A DNA stretch of 64,000 bases from Spirochaetia bacterium (GCA_965203515.1 OZ241907.1:3840001-3904000), one strand, 5' to 3'; positions 1 through 10,589 are shown, counted from the stretch's first letter. The notes: a model not told the origin generated them from the sequence alone. Translations and numbers: made by a program.

Positions 1-85
1 TCACCCCGTCGGTTACGTGAGGACCTGCGGAGCCGCCCCCGTCACCTGACGCCGGCCGGCACCCTGACGCCGGCCAGCCGAAACG

Positions 86-1653
86 TCACATGCCCCAGAC
101 GTCGACCGGCGCCGCGGCGGCGCCGCGCCGGTGGTGAAATACCTTCTCCTCCCAGCTCCGGTCCTCCCGGCAGTCGATCACCACCAGGTGCCCGGCCTCC
201 GCCGCGCACCGCGCCATGTACCCCGCGGTCTGTTCCACCCCCTCGGCGATGGTCCGCTCCAGCCCGTCCCGTTCCCGCACCACCTTGCACTCCACCACCA
301 CCTCCTGCACCCGTTGCGCCAGTGCCCGCTCCCCCACCGGCTACACGATCAGCAGGTCGACCCGCCCCCGCCCCAGCGCGTACTCCCGCTCGATGCGCCC
401 GCCCCCGTTCACCACCCGCTGCAGGTACGCCTGCAGCAGCAACTGCGGCCACGCCTCCGCGTAGGCAAAGCGGTCTCGCCAGTGCTCGGAGTGGCGCCGG
501 AAGAAGCTCTGGAACTCCGCCAGCAGCAACGCCACGTTCAGGCTCCCGTCGGCCTGCACGAACGGCGCCGTCTCCTGCGTCAACTCTTCCTGCACCACCC
601 ACGCCAGTTCGCGCGGTATCACCTCCGCGTAGATCGGGTTGGCGATGCGCACCGGCGCCTCACGGGCGAGCAGCCCCAGGTCGCGCGCGTACTCGACGTC
701 GCGCGCCACGGCGCGGCGCGCGCCGCCGCTCAGCATCGGCTCGATCACCCGCCGCACGCGCTCCTCGCGCAGCTTGTCGGCCAAGTAGTCGAGGTGGGTT
801 ACCCGATCGACGATGAGGTCCTCCCGAACCGCGGCGACGGCGGCGGACGTGACCGGACGCGAACGGTCTTCGCGCAGCGCCTTGTTCTTGAAGCAGGCGC
901 CGTAGGCCAGCGCGTTGACCAGCCACGGCTGGCCGCAGGTCTGCGTCCAGACCGCCTCCAGCGCCTCGGGCGCGAACGGCTGGCCGGTCTGCTCGGTATG
1001 CTGGCCGAGCAGGGCCAGCGTCTCGGCGCGCGAGAAATCGCCCAGCCGCAACGAGGCGGCGGCGATGTTGAAGGGGCTGCCGGCGGCGCCCATGCGGTAG
1101 TCGCGCACGTCGCGCAGGCCGCACAGCACGACGCTCTGCGGGAAGCGCGCCGGGCGGTCGGGGTAGCCGGCGCGGAGTTGCTGCAGCACCGCCAGCAGCG
1201 AGTCGCCCACCAGCGTGTCGATCTCGTCGATCAACAGCACCAGCGGCCGCGGCGCCGCCTGCGCCCAGCGCCGCAAGGCGGTGCGCAACGCCATGTTCGG
1301 CCCGAACCTGGCGAGGAGGTCGGGCCACGCCTGGTCCAGGAAGCGATCGTCCAACGCCGCGTCCGCCGCTTCCGCCAGCGCGGCGAGCACCACCTGCATC
1401 GCCTGCCGCACGTCGTCGCGGGCGGTGCGGGCGGTCTCCACGGTGACGTATACGCAGTGGTAGCCGCGCTCGTTCAGCAAGTCGGCCAGAGCCAGCAGCG
1501 CCGAGGTCTTGCCGGTCTGCCGCGGCGCATGCAGCGCGAAGTACTTCTTGTCCCGCACCAGGCCGAGCACTTCGTCGAGATCGATCCTCGACAGCGGCGG
1601 GATCGAGTAGTGATCGGCCGGAACGACGGGCCGGCGGTATTGAACGAGCGCAT
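86..1653 (-). pseudogene. AAA-family ATP-binding protein with a C-terminal PD-(D/E)XK-like domain, disrupted by a frameshift near codon 9 and an in-frame TAG
   Basis: ATG at 1653 gives MRSFNTAGP. The family-like continuation VVPADHYSIPP...HAPRQTGKTS (Walker A)...LLIDEID (Walker B) is in another frame (341..1954 ORF). At 341-343, GRVDLLIV-TAG-P continues in frame as VVVECK...SWEEKVF...VWGM to the stop at 86. Confidence 0.8.
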
Positions 1654-1706
1654 GTCGGCCGAGTGTACCACCGCGAACGCCACGCCCGGCGCCGCGGCGC
1701 GGCCGG

Positions 1707-3239
1707 ATGCGCGGCTCGTATATGATTGGGCTCATGATGAGCTCGCTACGGTGTCTCTCGACGGCGATCCGCCTTCGCCTGATCCTCGGCATGTCGGCCG
1801 CGTCGGTCGCGCTGGCCGGCGCGCCGCCGCCGGCGGCCGCGGACGCTGCCGGCGTCCTGCGGCACAGCGCGTCGATCGGCGAGGCCAACGCGCTCATCGC
1901 CGAGGTGCGGGTATCGCTGTCGCAGGCGGCGCGGGTGTTCGTCGAGTACGACAACCCCCAGGCCGGCCGCTACCGCACGGCGGTGACCGAGCCGGGCGCC
2001 GAGCACGCGATCCCGATCGTCCGGCTGCGCCCGGAGACCACCTACGACTACACGGTCTTCGTCATGGACGGCGAGGATGCCGCCGCCGGGCCTGCCGGCC
2101 GCTTCACCACCGGCCCGCTGCCGCCGCCGCTCGCCGCGGTAACCAAGCGCGTGACCGGCAGAAGCTCGCAACCGCTCATCCTGTCCAACTACCGTCGCAG
2201 CGACGGACCCGGTTACTTCGCCATCTGGGACGAAGTGGGCGCCACCGTCTGGTACTACGACCAGGCGCCCCAGACCGGGCCGATCAAGCAGCTTCCCGGC
2301 GGCAACTTCATCCTGCTGACGCGCGGGACCATCGTCGAGATCACTCCGTCGGGTGAGGAAGTCGTCCGCATCGAGCGCAGCCCCCGGTCGGGGAGTCCGC
2401 ACCATGATCTCACCGTTCTCGCCGATGGACGAGTGATCTACCCGAGCCGGGAGAACCTGGTCTTCGACGACTCGGCGAACGGCGGCTCTGCGGAGACCAC
2501 CTTCATCGTCGACCAGATTCGCATCTGGGACCCGGCGAGCGGACGCATCCGGCAGGTCTGGGATTCCAAGGACGCATGGGACGTTCTGGACCCGGACCAG
2601 CGCGAGCCGGCGCCCCCGCGTGACGACGGCCGATTCAGTTGGACGCACCTCAACTCGATAACCGTCGGTCCGCGGGGCAACTACGTGCTCTCGTTCCGCG
2701 GGCGGCATCAGGTGGTCTCCCTCAGCTCCGACTTGCGGACGATAGAATGGCAACTGCACGGGCCGGACAGCGATTACGAGTTCCCGAACCCGGCCGACCG
2801 GTTCTACGCGCAGCACTCGGCGTCGCAGCTCCGCAACGGCAACGTCGTGATGTTCGACAACGGCCGGGGGCGGCCCGACGCCGAGGGCGGCCACTACTCG
2901 CGCGCGCTGGAGCTGCGCCTGGACGAGGCGGCCGGCACCGCGGTGAAGGTATGGGAATACCGGCTGGAGCCGGACAGGTACTCATCGAGAGGCGGCAGCG
3001 CGTACCGGCTGAGCAACGGCAATACGCTGGTCAACTTCTCCACGACCGCACTCGAGGGCGTTCCGCTGACCGTCGTCGAGGCGGCTGCCGACGGCGGCGA
3101 AGTGTTCCGCATCGATACCCTGCATCTGGATGGAGCGAGTCCGGCCGACCGCTCGCGCGGCCGCGCGCTCGGCGGCCTTGGGGCGATCATGGGCGAAACC
3201 ATGCTGCGCCCGCCGGCCGCCGCGCCCGCGCCGGCTTGA
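1707..3239 (+). CDS. Secreted aryl-sulfate sulfotransferase (ASST family) with an N-terminal Ig/Fn3-like domain
   Basis: Signal-like N-terminus. Motifs HHDL, WTHLNSI, FYAQH, FDNG, YSRALE...KVWEY and GSAYRLSNGNTLV. The start may be 1734 or 1791. Confidence 0.8.
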   Translation: MRGSYMIGLMMSSLRCLSTAIRLRLILGMSAASVALAGAPPPAAADAAGVLRHSASIGEANALIAEVRVSLSQAARVFVEYDNPQAGRYRTAVTEPGAEHAIPIVRLRPETTYDYTVFVMDGEDAAAGPAGRFTTGPLPPPLAAVTKRVTGRSSQPLILSNYRRSDGPGYFAIWDEVGATVWYYDQAPQTGPIKQLPGGNFILLTRGTIVEITPSGEEVVRIERSPRSGSPHHDLTVLADGRVIYPSRENLVFDDSANGGSAETTFIVDQIRIWDPASGRIRQVWDSKDAWDVLDPDQREPAPPRDDGRFSWTHLNSITVGPRGNYVLSFRGRHQVVSLSSDLRTIEWQLHGPDSDYEFPNPADRFYAQHSASQLRNGNVVMFDNGRGRPDAEGGHYSRALELRLDEAAGTAVKVWEYRLEPDRYSSRGGSAYRLSNGNTLVNFSTTALEGVPLTVVEAAADGGEVFRIDTLHLDGASPADRSRGRALGGLGAIMGETMLRPPAAAPAPA

Positions 3240-3273
3240 CACAATACCCGGCGCCTCGCACGCTTTGAGCGCC

Positions 3274-3771
3274 ATGAAGAACCTGTTGATCGCCGCGTGC
3301 GCCGGCCTGTGCCTGCTGTCGGCCGGTTCGGCCGCTGCCGAAGGGCACTTGATGGACGACTCCGGCGCGCCGGACGTGGTCACCCGGCACATGGTGGCGC
3401 AGGCCATGCTGGCCGCCCACTACATCGATGCCGCGCTCAAGGCGGGCATGCAGGTCGATGAGATCAACGCCACGCTCGCGGCGATCGCCGAGCGCTCGGT
3501 CATCACCGAGTTCTGGATCAGCGACGAGACGGGGCGGATCGCGTTCACCAACGTGCCGGGGGCGGACTTTTCGTTCCCCACCGATCCCGACGCCGGCACG
3601 CAGGCGGCTCCGTTCGCGGTACTCCTCGACGGCGCCGCGCCGGTCGTCGCGCAGGATGCCCAACCGCGCGAGATGGACGCCGCGATCTTCAAGTACGTCG
3701 GCGTAGCGGGCGTCGATCAGCCGCGCATCGTGCAGGTCGGCGTGTCCGCCGCCGAGTTGGAGAGCCCCTGA
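3274..3771 (+). CDS. Secreted protein with a stand-alone Cache/PAS-like sensor domain
   Basis: Signal peptide MKNLLIAACAGLCLLSAGSAAA. EFWISDETGRI...QPREMDAAIFKYVGVAGVDQPRIVQVG resembles chemoreceptor periplasmic domains. Confidence 0.6.
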   Translation: MKNLLIAACAGLCLLSAGSAAAEGHLMDDSGAPDVVTRHMVAQAMLAAHYIDAALKAGMQVDEINATLAAIAERSVITEFWISDETGRIAFTNVPGADFSFPTDPDAGTQAAPFAVLLDGAAPVVAQDAQPREMDAAIFKYVGVAGVDQPRIVQVGVSAAELESP

Positions 3772-5087
3772 GCGCCACGGGCGCCCCGCTCCCCCGCGTC
3801 CGTCACGTCGACATAATCCCGGTCGAGCGCAAGGGCGCTCCGGCGTTCTACGTGCGCGATCCGCTGGAGATCGCGCCCCGGCCGCTGGTGCTTGGCGCCG
3901 CCGGGGTGCTGGTGCTGACCCATCTCGACGGCCGGCGCTCTCTCGATCAGGTGCGCGGCATGCTGCGCGAGAGGCTGCCCGGAGCCGACATCCGCGCGGC
4001 GGATATCGAGCGGCTGCTGCACATGTTGAGCGACGGGTGCTTCCTGGACGACCGGGTAGCCGCCGAGCGCGCCGCGGCCGTGTCCGGCGAGTTCGCCCGA
4101 GCGGCGGTACGACCGGCTTGGCTGGCCGGCCGGGCGTATCCGAAAGATCCGGGCGAACTGGCGGCGATGCTCGACCGGTGCTTCGCCGATGCCGCGATCG
4201 CGGTCCCCGCGCCGGCCGGGCAGACGCCGGCACCGGACGCGGCAACCGGCTCGCGCGGTGCGCTGGCCGCCGTCATGTGCCCGCACGTCGATCTGCGGGT
4301 CGGCGGCAATGCCTACCCGCCGGCCTTCGCGGCGCTGGCGCAGGCGGCGCGCGATCCGCAGCCGATCGAGCTGTACGTGATCCTGGGGGTCGCCCATCAC
4401 GGCGGCACGGAGCCGGACGCCGGCTTCGCGATCGCCACCGACAAGCACTACGCGACGCCGCTCGGGCAGGCAAAGACCGCCCGCGGCGTGATCGAGGAGT
4501 GGTCGCGGCGCGCCGGCCGCGACGTCACCGACCATCAGGTGCTGCACCGCACCGAGCATTCGGTGGAGTTTCCGCTGGTCTTCCTGCAGTACGCGCAGGC
4601 GCAGTCGGCGCTGCCGCCCTACGAGGTGGTGCCGGTGCTGCTCGGCAGCGTCGACCCCTACCTGCAGGCCGGCGCCGATCCGCTGCAGGTACCGGAGATC
4701 GTCGGCGAGCTGCAAGCGTTGCGCGAGGCGGTCGCCGCCGGCGGCAAGCGCGCGCTCTACCTCCTGAGCGTCGACTTGGCGCACGTCGGCCCCAAGTTCG
4801 GCGGCCCGGCGCCGGTCGACGACGACGCGGCGGCGGCCTGCGAGCGCGCCGACCGCGCCCTGCTCGGCTGCGCGGAACGCTTCGACGCCGCCGCCTTCAC
4901 GCGCGCCCTGCACGCCGACGGCAACGGCCGCAAGGTCGACGCCGTCGCCGGCCTGTACTCCCTCTATCCGCTGCTGTCCGGCGGCGACCGCCGCGGCGCC
5001 CTGCTCGGCTACGACCAGAATCGGCAGCCGGACACCGGTTCGCTGGTCAGCTACGCCAGCATGGCCTTCTACCACACGCCCCGCTAA
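3768..5087 (+). CDS. MEMO1-family protein (AmmeMemoRadiSam system protein B) with an N-terminal wHTH/RRE-like extension
   Basis: RPAWLAGRAYP, PHVD, LGVAH, H-EHSVEF, SVDLAHVG and VSYASM motifs. The frame is open upstream of the called GTG 3852 (LPRVRHVDIIPV), with a probable CTG start at 3768. Confidence 0.8.
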   Translation: MSATGAPLPRVRHVDIIPVERKGAPAFYVRDPLEIAPRPLVLGAAGVLVLTHLDGRRSLDQVRGMLRERLPGADIRAADIERLLHMLSDGCFLDDRVAAERAAAVSGEFARAAVRPAWLAGRAYPKDPGELAAMLDRCFADAAIAVPAPAGQTPAPDAATGSRGALAAVMCPHVDLRVGGNAYPPAFAALAQAARDPQPIELYVILGVAHHGGTEPDAGFAIATDKHYATPLGQAKTARGVIEEWSRRAGRDVTDHQVLHRTEHSVEFPLVFLQYAQAQSALPPYEVVPVLLGSVDPYLQAGADPLQVPEIVGELQALREAVAAGGKRALYLLSVDLAHVGPKFGGPAPVDDDAAAACERADRALLGCAERFDAAAFTRALHADGNGRKVDAVAGLYSLYPLLSGGDRRGALLGYDQNRQPDTGSLVSYASMAFYHTPR

Positions 5088-5094
5088 CTCCGGG

Positions 5095-5985
5095 TCAGCG
5101 GCGGCCGGCGTGCGGGTCCAGGGCGTCGCGCAGGCCCTCCCCCAGGTAGTTGACGCTCAGCACGGTCAGCGAGATCGCCGCGCCGGGCCAGATCACGCGC
5201 GCCGGCGTGATGGTCAGGAACGGCACCCCGTCGTAGAGCAGCCGGCCCCAGGTCGGAAAGTCGGACGGGAACCCCAGACCCAGAAAGCTCAGCGCGCTTT
5301 CGGTGATGATCGCCTGGGCGATGCCGAGGGTGGCGGCCACCACGATCGGGCCCAACGCGTTGGGAAAGACGTGCAGCAGGATGATCCGCATCGGCCGCGC
5401 GCCGATGCTGCGCGCCGCGGTCACGTACTCGCGCTGCTTGATCGTCAGCACTTGCCCGCGCACGATGCGCGCGGTCTGCATCCAGCTCGTGACGCCGATC
5501 ACCGCCACGACCAGGATGAAGATGCCGGCCTCCAGGCCGAGGGTCGACTGCAGCGGGTCGCGCAACAGCATGACGCCGACCAGCAGCAACGGCAGCACCG
5601 GCAGCGCCAGGAACAGGTCGGTCAGCCGCATCAGCGGACCGTCCAACCGGTGGAAGAAGCCGGCGGTCACGCCGACCGCCGTCCCGACCGTAAGCGACAG
5701 CGCCATGGCGGCCACCCCCACGGCCAGCGAGATGCGCCCGCCGGCGAGCATGCGGGCAAACGTGTCGCGGCCCAGGTTGTCGGTCCCCATGGGGTGCGCC
5801 GCGGACATGCCCTGGTTCTTGGCCCGGTAGTCGAGGTACTGGGGGTCGACGCCGTGCACGGCGGGCCCGAACAGCACGGCCGATGCGATCAGGGCGAATA
5901 CCGCGGCGCCGGCGATGGCGCCGGAATGGCGCCGCAGGCCGCGCGCCGGCCGCCGCTCGATGCGGGCGCGAGCCGCCTCAGTCAT
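5095..5985 (-). CDS. Peptide/nickel ABC transporter permease (OppC/DppC-like)
   Basis: HPMGTDNLGRD, EYVTAARSIGA (EAA loop), ESALSFLGLG and NYLGEGLRDALDP. Confidence 0.93.
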   Translation of the reverse strand: MTEAARARIERRPARGLRRHSGAIAGAAVFALIASAVLFGPAVHGVDPQYLDYRAKNQGMSAAHPMGTDNLGRDTFARMLAGGRISLAVGVAAMALSLTVGTAVGVTAGFFHRLDGPLMRLTDLFLALPVLPLLLVGVMLLRDPLQSTLGLEAGIFILVVAVIGVTSWMQTARIVRGQVLTIKQREYVTAARSIGARPMRIILLHVFPNALGPIVVAATLGIAQAIITESALSFLGLGFPSDFPTWGRLLYDGVPFLTITPARVIWPGAAISLTVLSVNYLGEGLRDALDPHAGRR

Positions 5986-6991
5986 AGCGAATGCGCGGGT
6001 CCAGGACCCCGTACAGCAGGTCCGCGGCCAGATTGAACGCCACGATCAGCACCGCGAAGATGAAGGTCACGGTCTGCACGGTCGGGATATCGGCGCCTTC
6101 GATCGCGCCGATCAGCAGCGCGCCGATGCCGTTGATGCGGAATATCTGTTCGGTGATGACCGCCCCGGCGAACGTCGAGGGGATGCCGAGCGCGATCACG
6201 GTGACCACCGGGATCATGCTGTTGCGCAGCACGTGGACCAGGACCACGACCCGTTCGGCGAGCCCCTTGGCGCGCGCGGTGCGCGTGTACTCCTGGTGGA
6301 TGGTGTCGAGCACCGCCGAGCGCGTGAACCGGCTGATCTGCGCCGCGTTGAACAGCGCCAGCACCGCCACCGGCATGATCATCTGCCTCACCTGATAGAG
6401 CAGGCTGGCTAGATCGGTCACGCGGTGGGTGGTGTCGTAGATCGACGGCAGCCAGCCGAGCGTGGCGCTGAAGATCACGATGAGCACGGTCCCGGTGAAG
6501 AAGGTCGGCACCGAGAAGCCGATCATGGTCACCACGGCGCCGAGCCGATCGAAGATCGAGTGCTGCCGGTAGGCGGACAGGACCCCGACCGGCACCGCGA
6601 TCAGCACGGCGACCAGATAGGAGACGCCCACGACGGTCAGCGTCTGCGGCAGGCGCTCGGCGATCAGGTCGACCACCGGTGATCGCGTCGCCCAGGAACG
6701 GACGCGCAGCCGCGCGCCCGAGTCGCCGATCTCGACGCCGAGCAGCGCTTCCAGCAGGTTGAGCGGTTCGTTGACCATGAACTGCTCCAGCCACCTGAGG
6801 TAGCGGACCGGGAACGGCCGGCCGATCCCCAGGCTCTGCCGTATCTGCTCGCGCGTCTCCGGAGGGATCGTCAGCGGCAGCTGCGCCGTAGGGTCGCCGG
6901 GCGCCAAGTCGAGCAGCGCGAACACGATGAAGCTGATCGCCAGCAGCGTCGGCACGGCGAACAGCAGGCGCCGGATCGCGTAGCGCACCAT
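5978..6991 (-). CDS. Peptide/nickel ABC transporter permease (OppB/DppB-like)
   Basis: RRLLFAVPTL, APGDP, TARAKGL and NLAADLLYGVLDPRIR. Confidence 0.93.
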   Translation of the reverse strand: MVRYAIRRLLFAVPTLLAISFIVFALLDLAPGDPTAQLPLTIPPETREQIRQSLGIGRPFPVRYLRWLEQFMVNEPLNLLEALLGVEIGDSGARLRVRSWATRSPVVDLIAERLPQTLTVVGVSYLVAVLIAVPVGVLSAYRQHSIFDRLGAVVTMIGFSVPTFFTGTVLIVIFSATLGWLPSIYDTTHRVTDLASLLYQVRQMIMPVAVLALFNAAQISRFTRSAVLDTIHQEYTRTARAKGLAERVVVLVHVLRNSMIPVVTVIALGIPSTFAGAVITEQIFRINGIGALLIGAIEGADIPTVQTVTFIFAVLIVAFNLAADLLYGVLDPRIRYD

Positions 6992-7018
6992 GCGGTCGAA
7001 CCGCGGTCCTGCGTCACC

Positions 7019-8725
7019 TCACTCGAGGCGGTGCCACTCGTGCAGGTTCCACAGCGCCGCGTCCCAGGCGTTGTGCCGAACGCCGCCCAGCGTCAGCGAG
7101 CGGGCGGCGATCTCGCCGCGGTGGATCAGCGGGATGATCGCGCCGTCGTCGATCAACAGGTCGTTCATCCGCTTGGCGATCGCCGCGCGCTGCTCCAGGC
7201 CCGCCGTCTCGGCCAGCTCCGCAACCAGCGCGTCGTACTCCGCGCTGCAGTAGCGGGAGATGTTGGCGCCGATCCACTGATGCTCCGGCCCCGGAATCTC
7301 GCTGCACGTCCAGCCGGCCATGTACGCCTGCGGGTCGGTGCCGTCGAAGTTGTTGGTGTACATCTGAATGTCGGCGTAGAACTTCTGGTAGGTGTCGGGG
7401 CTGGCCGGATCGCTGCCGAAGAACACGGAGGCGTTGATGTTCTTCAGATCGGTCTCGACGCCGATCTCGCGCCACATCTGCTTGATCAGCGCCTGCGTGC
7501 CCTGCCGGACCGAATTGGTGGAGGTCTGGTAGAGGATCGACAGGCGCACGCCGTCCTTGACGCGGACGCCGTCCCGGCCGCGCACCCAGCCGGCCTGGTC
7601 CAGGAGCCGATTGGCGCCGTCGATGTCCTGGGTCAGGCACCAGTCGTTGGCGGTCGAGGCGTAGGCCGGCGGGGCGGGCAGCACGTTGCAGGTCACGCGG
7701 CCGGCCGGCCCGTAGCCGGCCTCGACCAGGATGGCGCGGTCGATCGCCATCGACAGGGCGCGCGGCACCGCCGGATCGGACAGGAAGGGGTGCGGGTTGC
7801 CGCCGTCCTGGTAGGTCGACCGCTTGTCGCCCAGGGCCGGGTCAGGATCGGTCTTCTGCACGACCAGACGCTCGACGTAGGTGCCGAAGGCGGACAGGAT
7901 CGTTCCCCTGCCGGCCCGTTCCATGTCGGCCAGGATCTCCGGCTCCACCTGCAGGTTCCAGGCGTAGTCGAACTCGCCGGTCACCAGCACGGCGCGGGCC
8001 GCCGAGACCGCGTCGCCGCCGCCCTTGAGGAGGACGGATGAGAAGGCCGGCAGGTCCGGGTGGCGGTAGCGGTCGTTGACGACGTAGCGCACCACGTCGT
8101 TGGGGCGGAACTCCGCAACCCGGTAGGGGCCGGTGCCGATCGGCGCGAAGTTCTCGGCCGTGCACTCCGGCGCCCGGGCGCCGGTGCAGTGCTCGAACTG
8201 CCGTTGCTGCAGGACCGGCAGGATCGAGCCGACGAACGGCGCGTAGGGGAACGGCATCGGCACGGCGAAGGCGATCCGCACCGTGTGGTCGTCGACCGCC
8301 TCGACCGCTTCCACGTCCTGGAACCGGCTGGCGGACGCGCAGCCGCCGCTCGGGTCCATGCAATAGGCCGCCGTGAAGGCTACGTCCCTGGCCGTGAACG
8401 GCGTGCCGTCCGACCACACGACGTCGTCGCGCAGCTTCCAGGTGATCGACCTGAGGTCGGCCGCCACGCCGCCGTTGTCGAGCGTAGGGATCTCGGCGGC
8501 GAGCCACGGCACCATGTCGCCGTTCTCGTCGTACCGCGCCAGCGGCTCCAGGATCAGCGAGGCGGCGTGGATGTCCTTGGTCCCGCCCGACAGGAACGGG
8601 TTGAGGATCGACGGCGCCTGCCAGTAGAGCACCTTCAACTCGCCGTCGGCGCCGCGCTCGGCGCCGGCCGCGGCGGCCAGGGTGACGGCTGCCGCCGCCA
8701 GGATCAGGGTTCGTGATCGTACCAT
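7019..8725 (-). CDS. Peptide ABC transporter substrate-binding protein (SBP family 5)
   Basis: Signal peptide from ATG 8725. YWQAPSILNP, LRDDVVWSDG and PIGTGPY motifs. It lies upstream of the two permeases. Confidence 0.92.
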   Translation of the reverse strand: MVRSRTLILAAAAVTLAAAAGAERGADGELKVLYWQAPSILNPFLSGGTKDIHAASLILEPLARYDENGDMVPWLAAEIPTLDNGGVAADLRSITWKLRDDVVWSDGTPFTARDVAFTAAYCMDPSGGCASASRFQDVEAVEAVDDHTVRIAFAVPMPFPYAPFVGSILPVLQQRQFEHCTGARAPECTAENFAPIGTGPYRVAEFRPNDVVRYVVNDRYRHPDLPAFSSVLLKGGGDAVSAARAVLVTGEFDYAWNLQVEPEILADMERAGRGTILSAFGTYVERLVVQKTDPDPALGDKRSTYQDGGNPHPFLSDPAVPRALSMAIDRAILVEAGYGPAGRVTCNVLPAPPAYASTANDWCLTQDIDGANRLLDQAGWVRGRDGVRVKDGVRLSILYQTSTNSVRQGTQALIKQMWREIGVETDLKNINASVFFGSDPASPDTYQKFYADIQMYTNNFDGTDPQAYMAGWTCSEIPGPEHQWIGANISRYCSAEYDALVAELAETAGLEQRAAIAKRMNDLLIDDGAIIPLIHRGEIAARSLTLGGVRHNAWDAALWNLHEWHRLE

Positions 8726-8753
8726 CGCAACCGTATCATAGCGCGCAAGACCC

Positions 8754-10580
8754 ATGAGCGGCCGCGGTTTTCGCGCCCGGCGCGGGAGTCGTGGCATGCT
8801 TGGATCCGTGATTCGTCAGGCCGAGCGACCGACCGGCGAGGTGTCGGCCGGGGTGCCGGGCGGGGTGCCGCGCGCCGGCATGCTCGCGGTGGTGCGCAAC
8901 CGGAGCGGCGTGGTGACCGCGGTCGAGCCGTTCGACGGCGAGGCGGGGCGGCTGCACCTGGTGCACGTCGAGTACAAGGACAGCCGCGCGCCGGCCGCCG
9001 AGCGCCTGCTGTGGGAGCTGGAGCCCCGCGGCATGCTGCTCGAACCGACCGCGCTGCCCGACGCTAGCAGCGGCGACGCCATGGACCCGGCCGATTTCGA
9101 CGCGCTCCTGCGCGCGGCGCGTTGGACGGCGCTCACTCCGTATCTCGACTTCGACGGCCGGGGGGCGGCGCGCCGCGAACCGCTGGCGAGCCCCTTCCAC
9201 GGCGCGGTGCGGCCGGAGGATTACCAGCTCGTGCCATTGCTGAAGGCGCTCCGCATGCCCCGCGTCAGCCTGCTGATCGCCGACGACGTGGGCCTCGGCA
9301 AGACGATCGAGGCGGGCCTGATCCTTACCGAGCTGCTGCTCCGGCGCCGCATCCGGCGCGTGCTGGTGCTGGCCCCGGCGGCGCTGCGCCGACAGTGGCG
9401 CGACGAGCTGTGGGAGAAGTTCTCGCTCCGCTTCGAGGTGGTCGACCGCCACCGTACCGAGCTGGCGCGCCGCCGCCTCGGCATGGACGCCAATCCGTGG
9501 CGTTCGTTCGACCGCATCGTCGCCTCCTACCACTACCTGCGCCAACCGGACGTGCGCGAGCAGTTTCTGGCCGCGTGCCGCGCCCCGCAGGGATCGCCGC
9601 ATCTGCCGTGGGACCTGCTTATCGTCGACGAGTGCCACCACCTCATGCCCGCCCCGTTCGGCGAGGACAGCGAGCTGTGCCGCACCCTGCGCCTGGTGGC
9701 GCCGCGCTTCGAGCACCGGCTGTTCCTGTCCGCCACGCCGCACAACGGCCACACGCGGTCGTTCACCGGCCTGCTGGAGATGCTCGATCCGGTGCGCTTC
9801 ACCCGCACCGCGGAGCTGACCCCGGCGCTGCGCGCGCGCGTCGACGACGTCGTCATTCGGCGTCTGAAGCGCGACGTCAATGCCGACGCCGCCGCGCCCC
9901 GGTTCTGCCGCCGCCTCCCGCCGGCGGCCCTGCCGCTCACCTTCGACCCGCGTGAGGCGGCGCTGGCCGCGGCCTTCGACGCCCTGCGCGCCGCGGTGCG
10001 CCGGCTGGTCGCCGCCGCGGCCCGGCCGCGCGTGCGGGCCGGCACCTTCGCGGTCGAGATCCTGGGCAAGCGGCTGCTGTCGTGTCCCACGGCGTTCGCC
10101 GAGTCGTGGCGCCGCATCCGGCAGGGGTTGGCGGAGCCGGCCGCGGCCGGCGAACGCGAGCTGCAGGCCGCGGCCCGCGCGCTGCGCCAGGAGACCGGCG
10201 ACGACCGCGAGACGCAGGCGCGCGCCGCGACCGCCGCTACCGTCGCCGGCGCCTGGCTGAAGAACGAGCCGCTATTGGACAAGAATCACGCATGGGAAGC
10301 GATCGTCCGCCGTTGGGACGATCGTCTGCCGCTGCCCGATCCCGCCGTAGCGCGGAAACGTGCGGCCGCTGCTTGGCGGCACAGGGAACATATGCGCGAC
10401 GTCGGCGACGACGACGCCTTCAACGAGCTCAACGTCTCCTACCTGAGCCACTGCGCGCGCGCCCGGTTGGCGGCCGCTGGAATCCACCCCGCGTCCCGCC
10501 CCGAACTTCCCGGCCAACTTCGAGCACTGGGTGAAACCGGTCTGGCTACCAGTCTCGAAGCCGCGCTGGCCAGGCGGTAG
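8754..10580 (+). pseudogene. drmD: DISARM DrmD-like SNF2 helicase, N-terminal half only, fused in frame to an unrelated ~100 aa tail
   Basis: VRNR...LWELEP N-terminus, then YQLVPL, LLIADDVGLGKTIEAG (I), LIVDECHH (II) and LSATPHNG (III). Motifs IV-VI are absent. Sequence character changes after AWLKN (about 10266). Confidence 0.72.
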
Positions 10581-10589
10581 GGTACGTCG

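Noticed and set aside
341..343. In-frame TAG considered as pyrrolysine or stop-codon reassignment
   Set aside because: TAG ends normal genes here (mogA, osmC, nqrD, nqrF), and the same gene also has a frameshift.
5095..8725. Peptide ABC operon lacking ATPase genes
   Set aside because: A common arrangement, since the ATPases are often encoded elsewhere.
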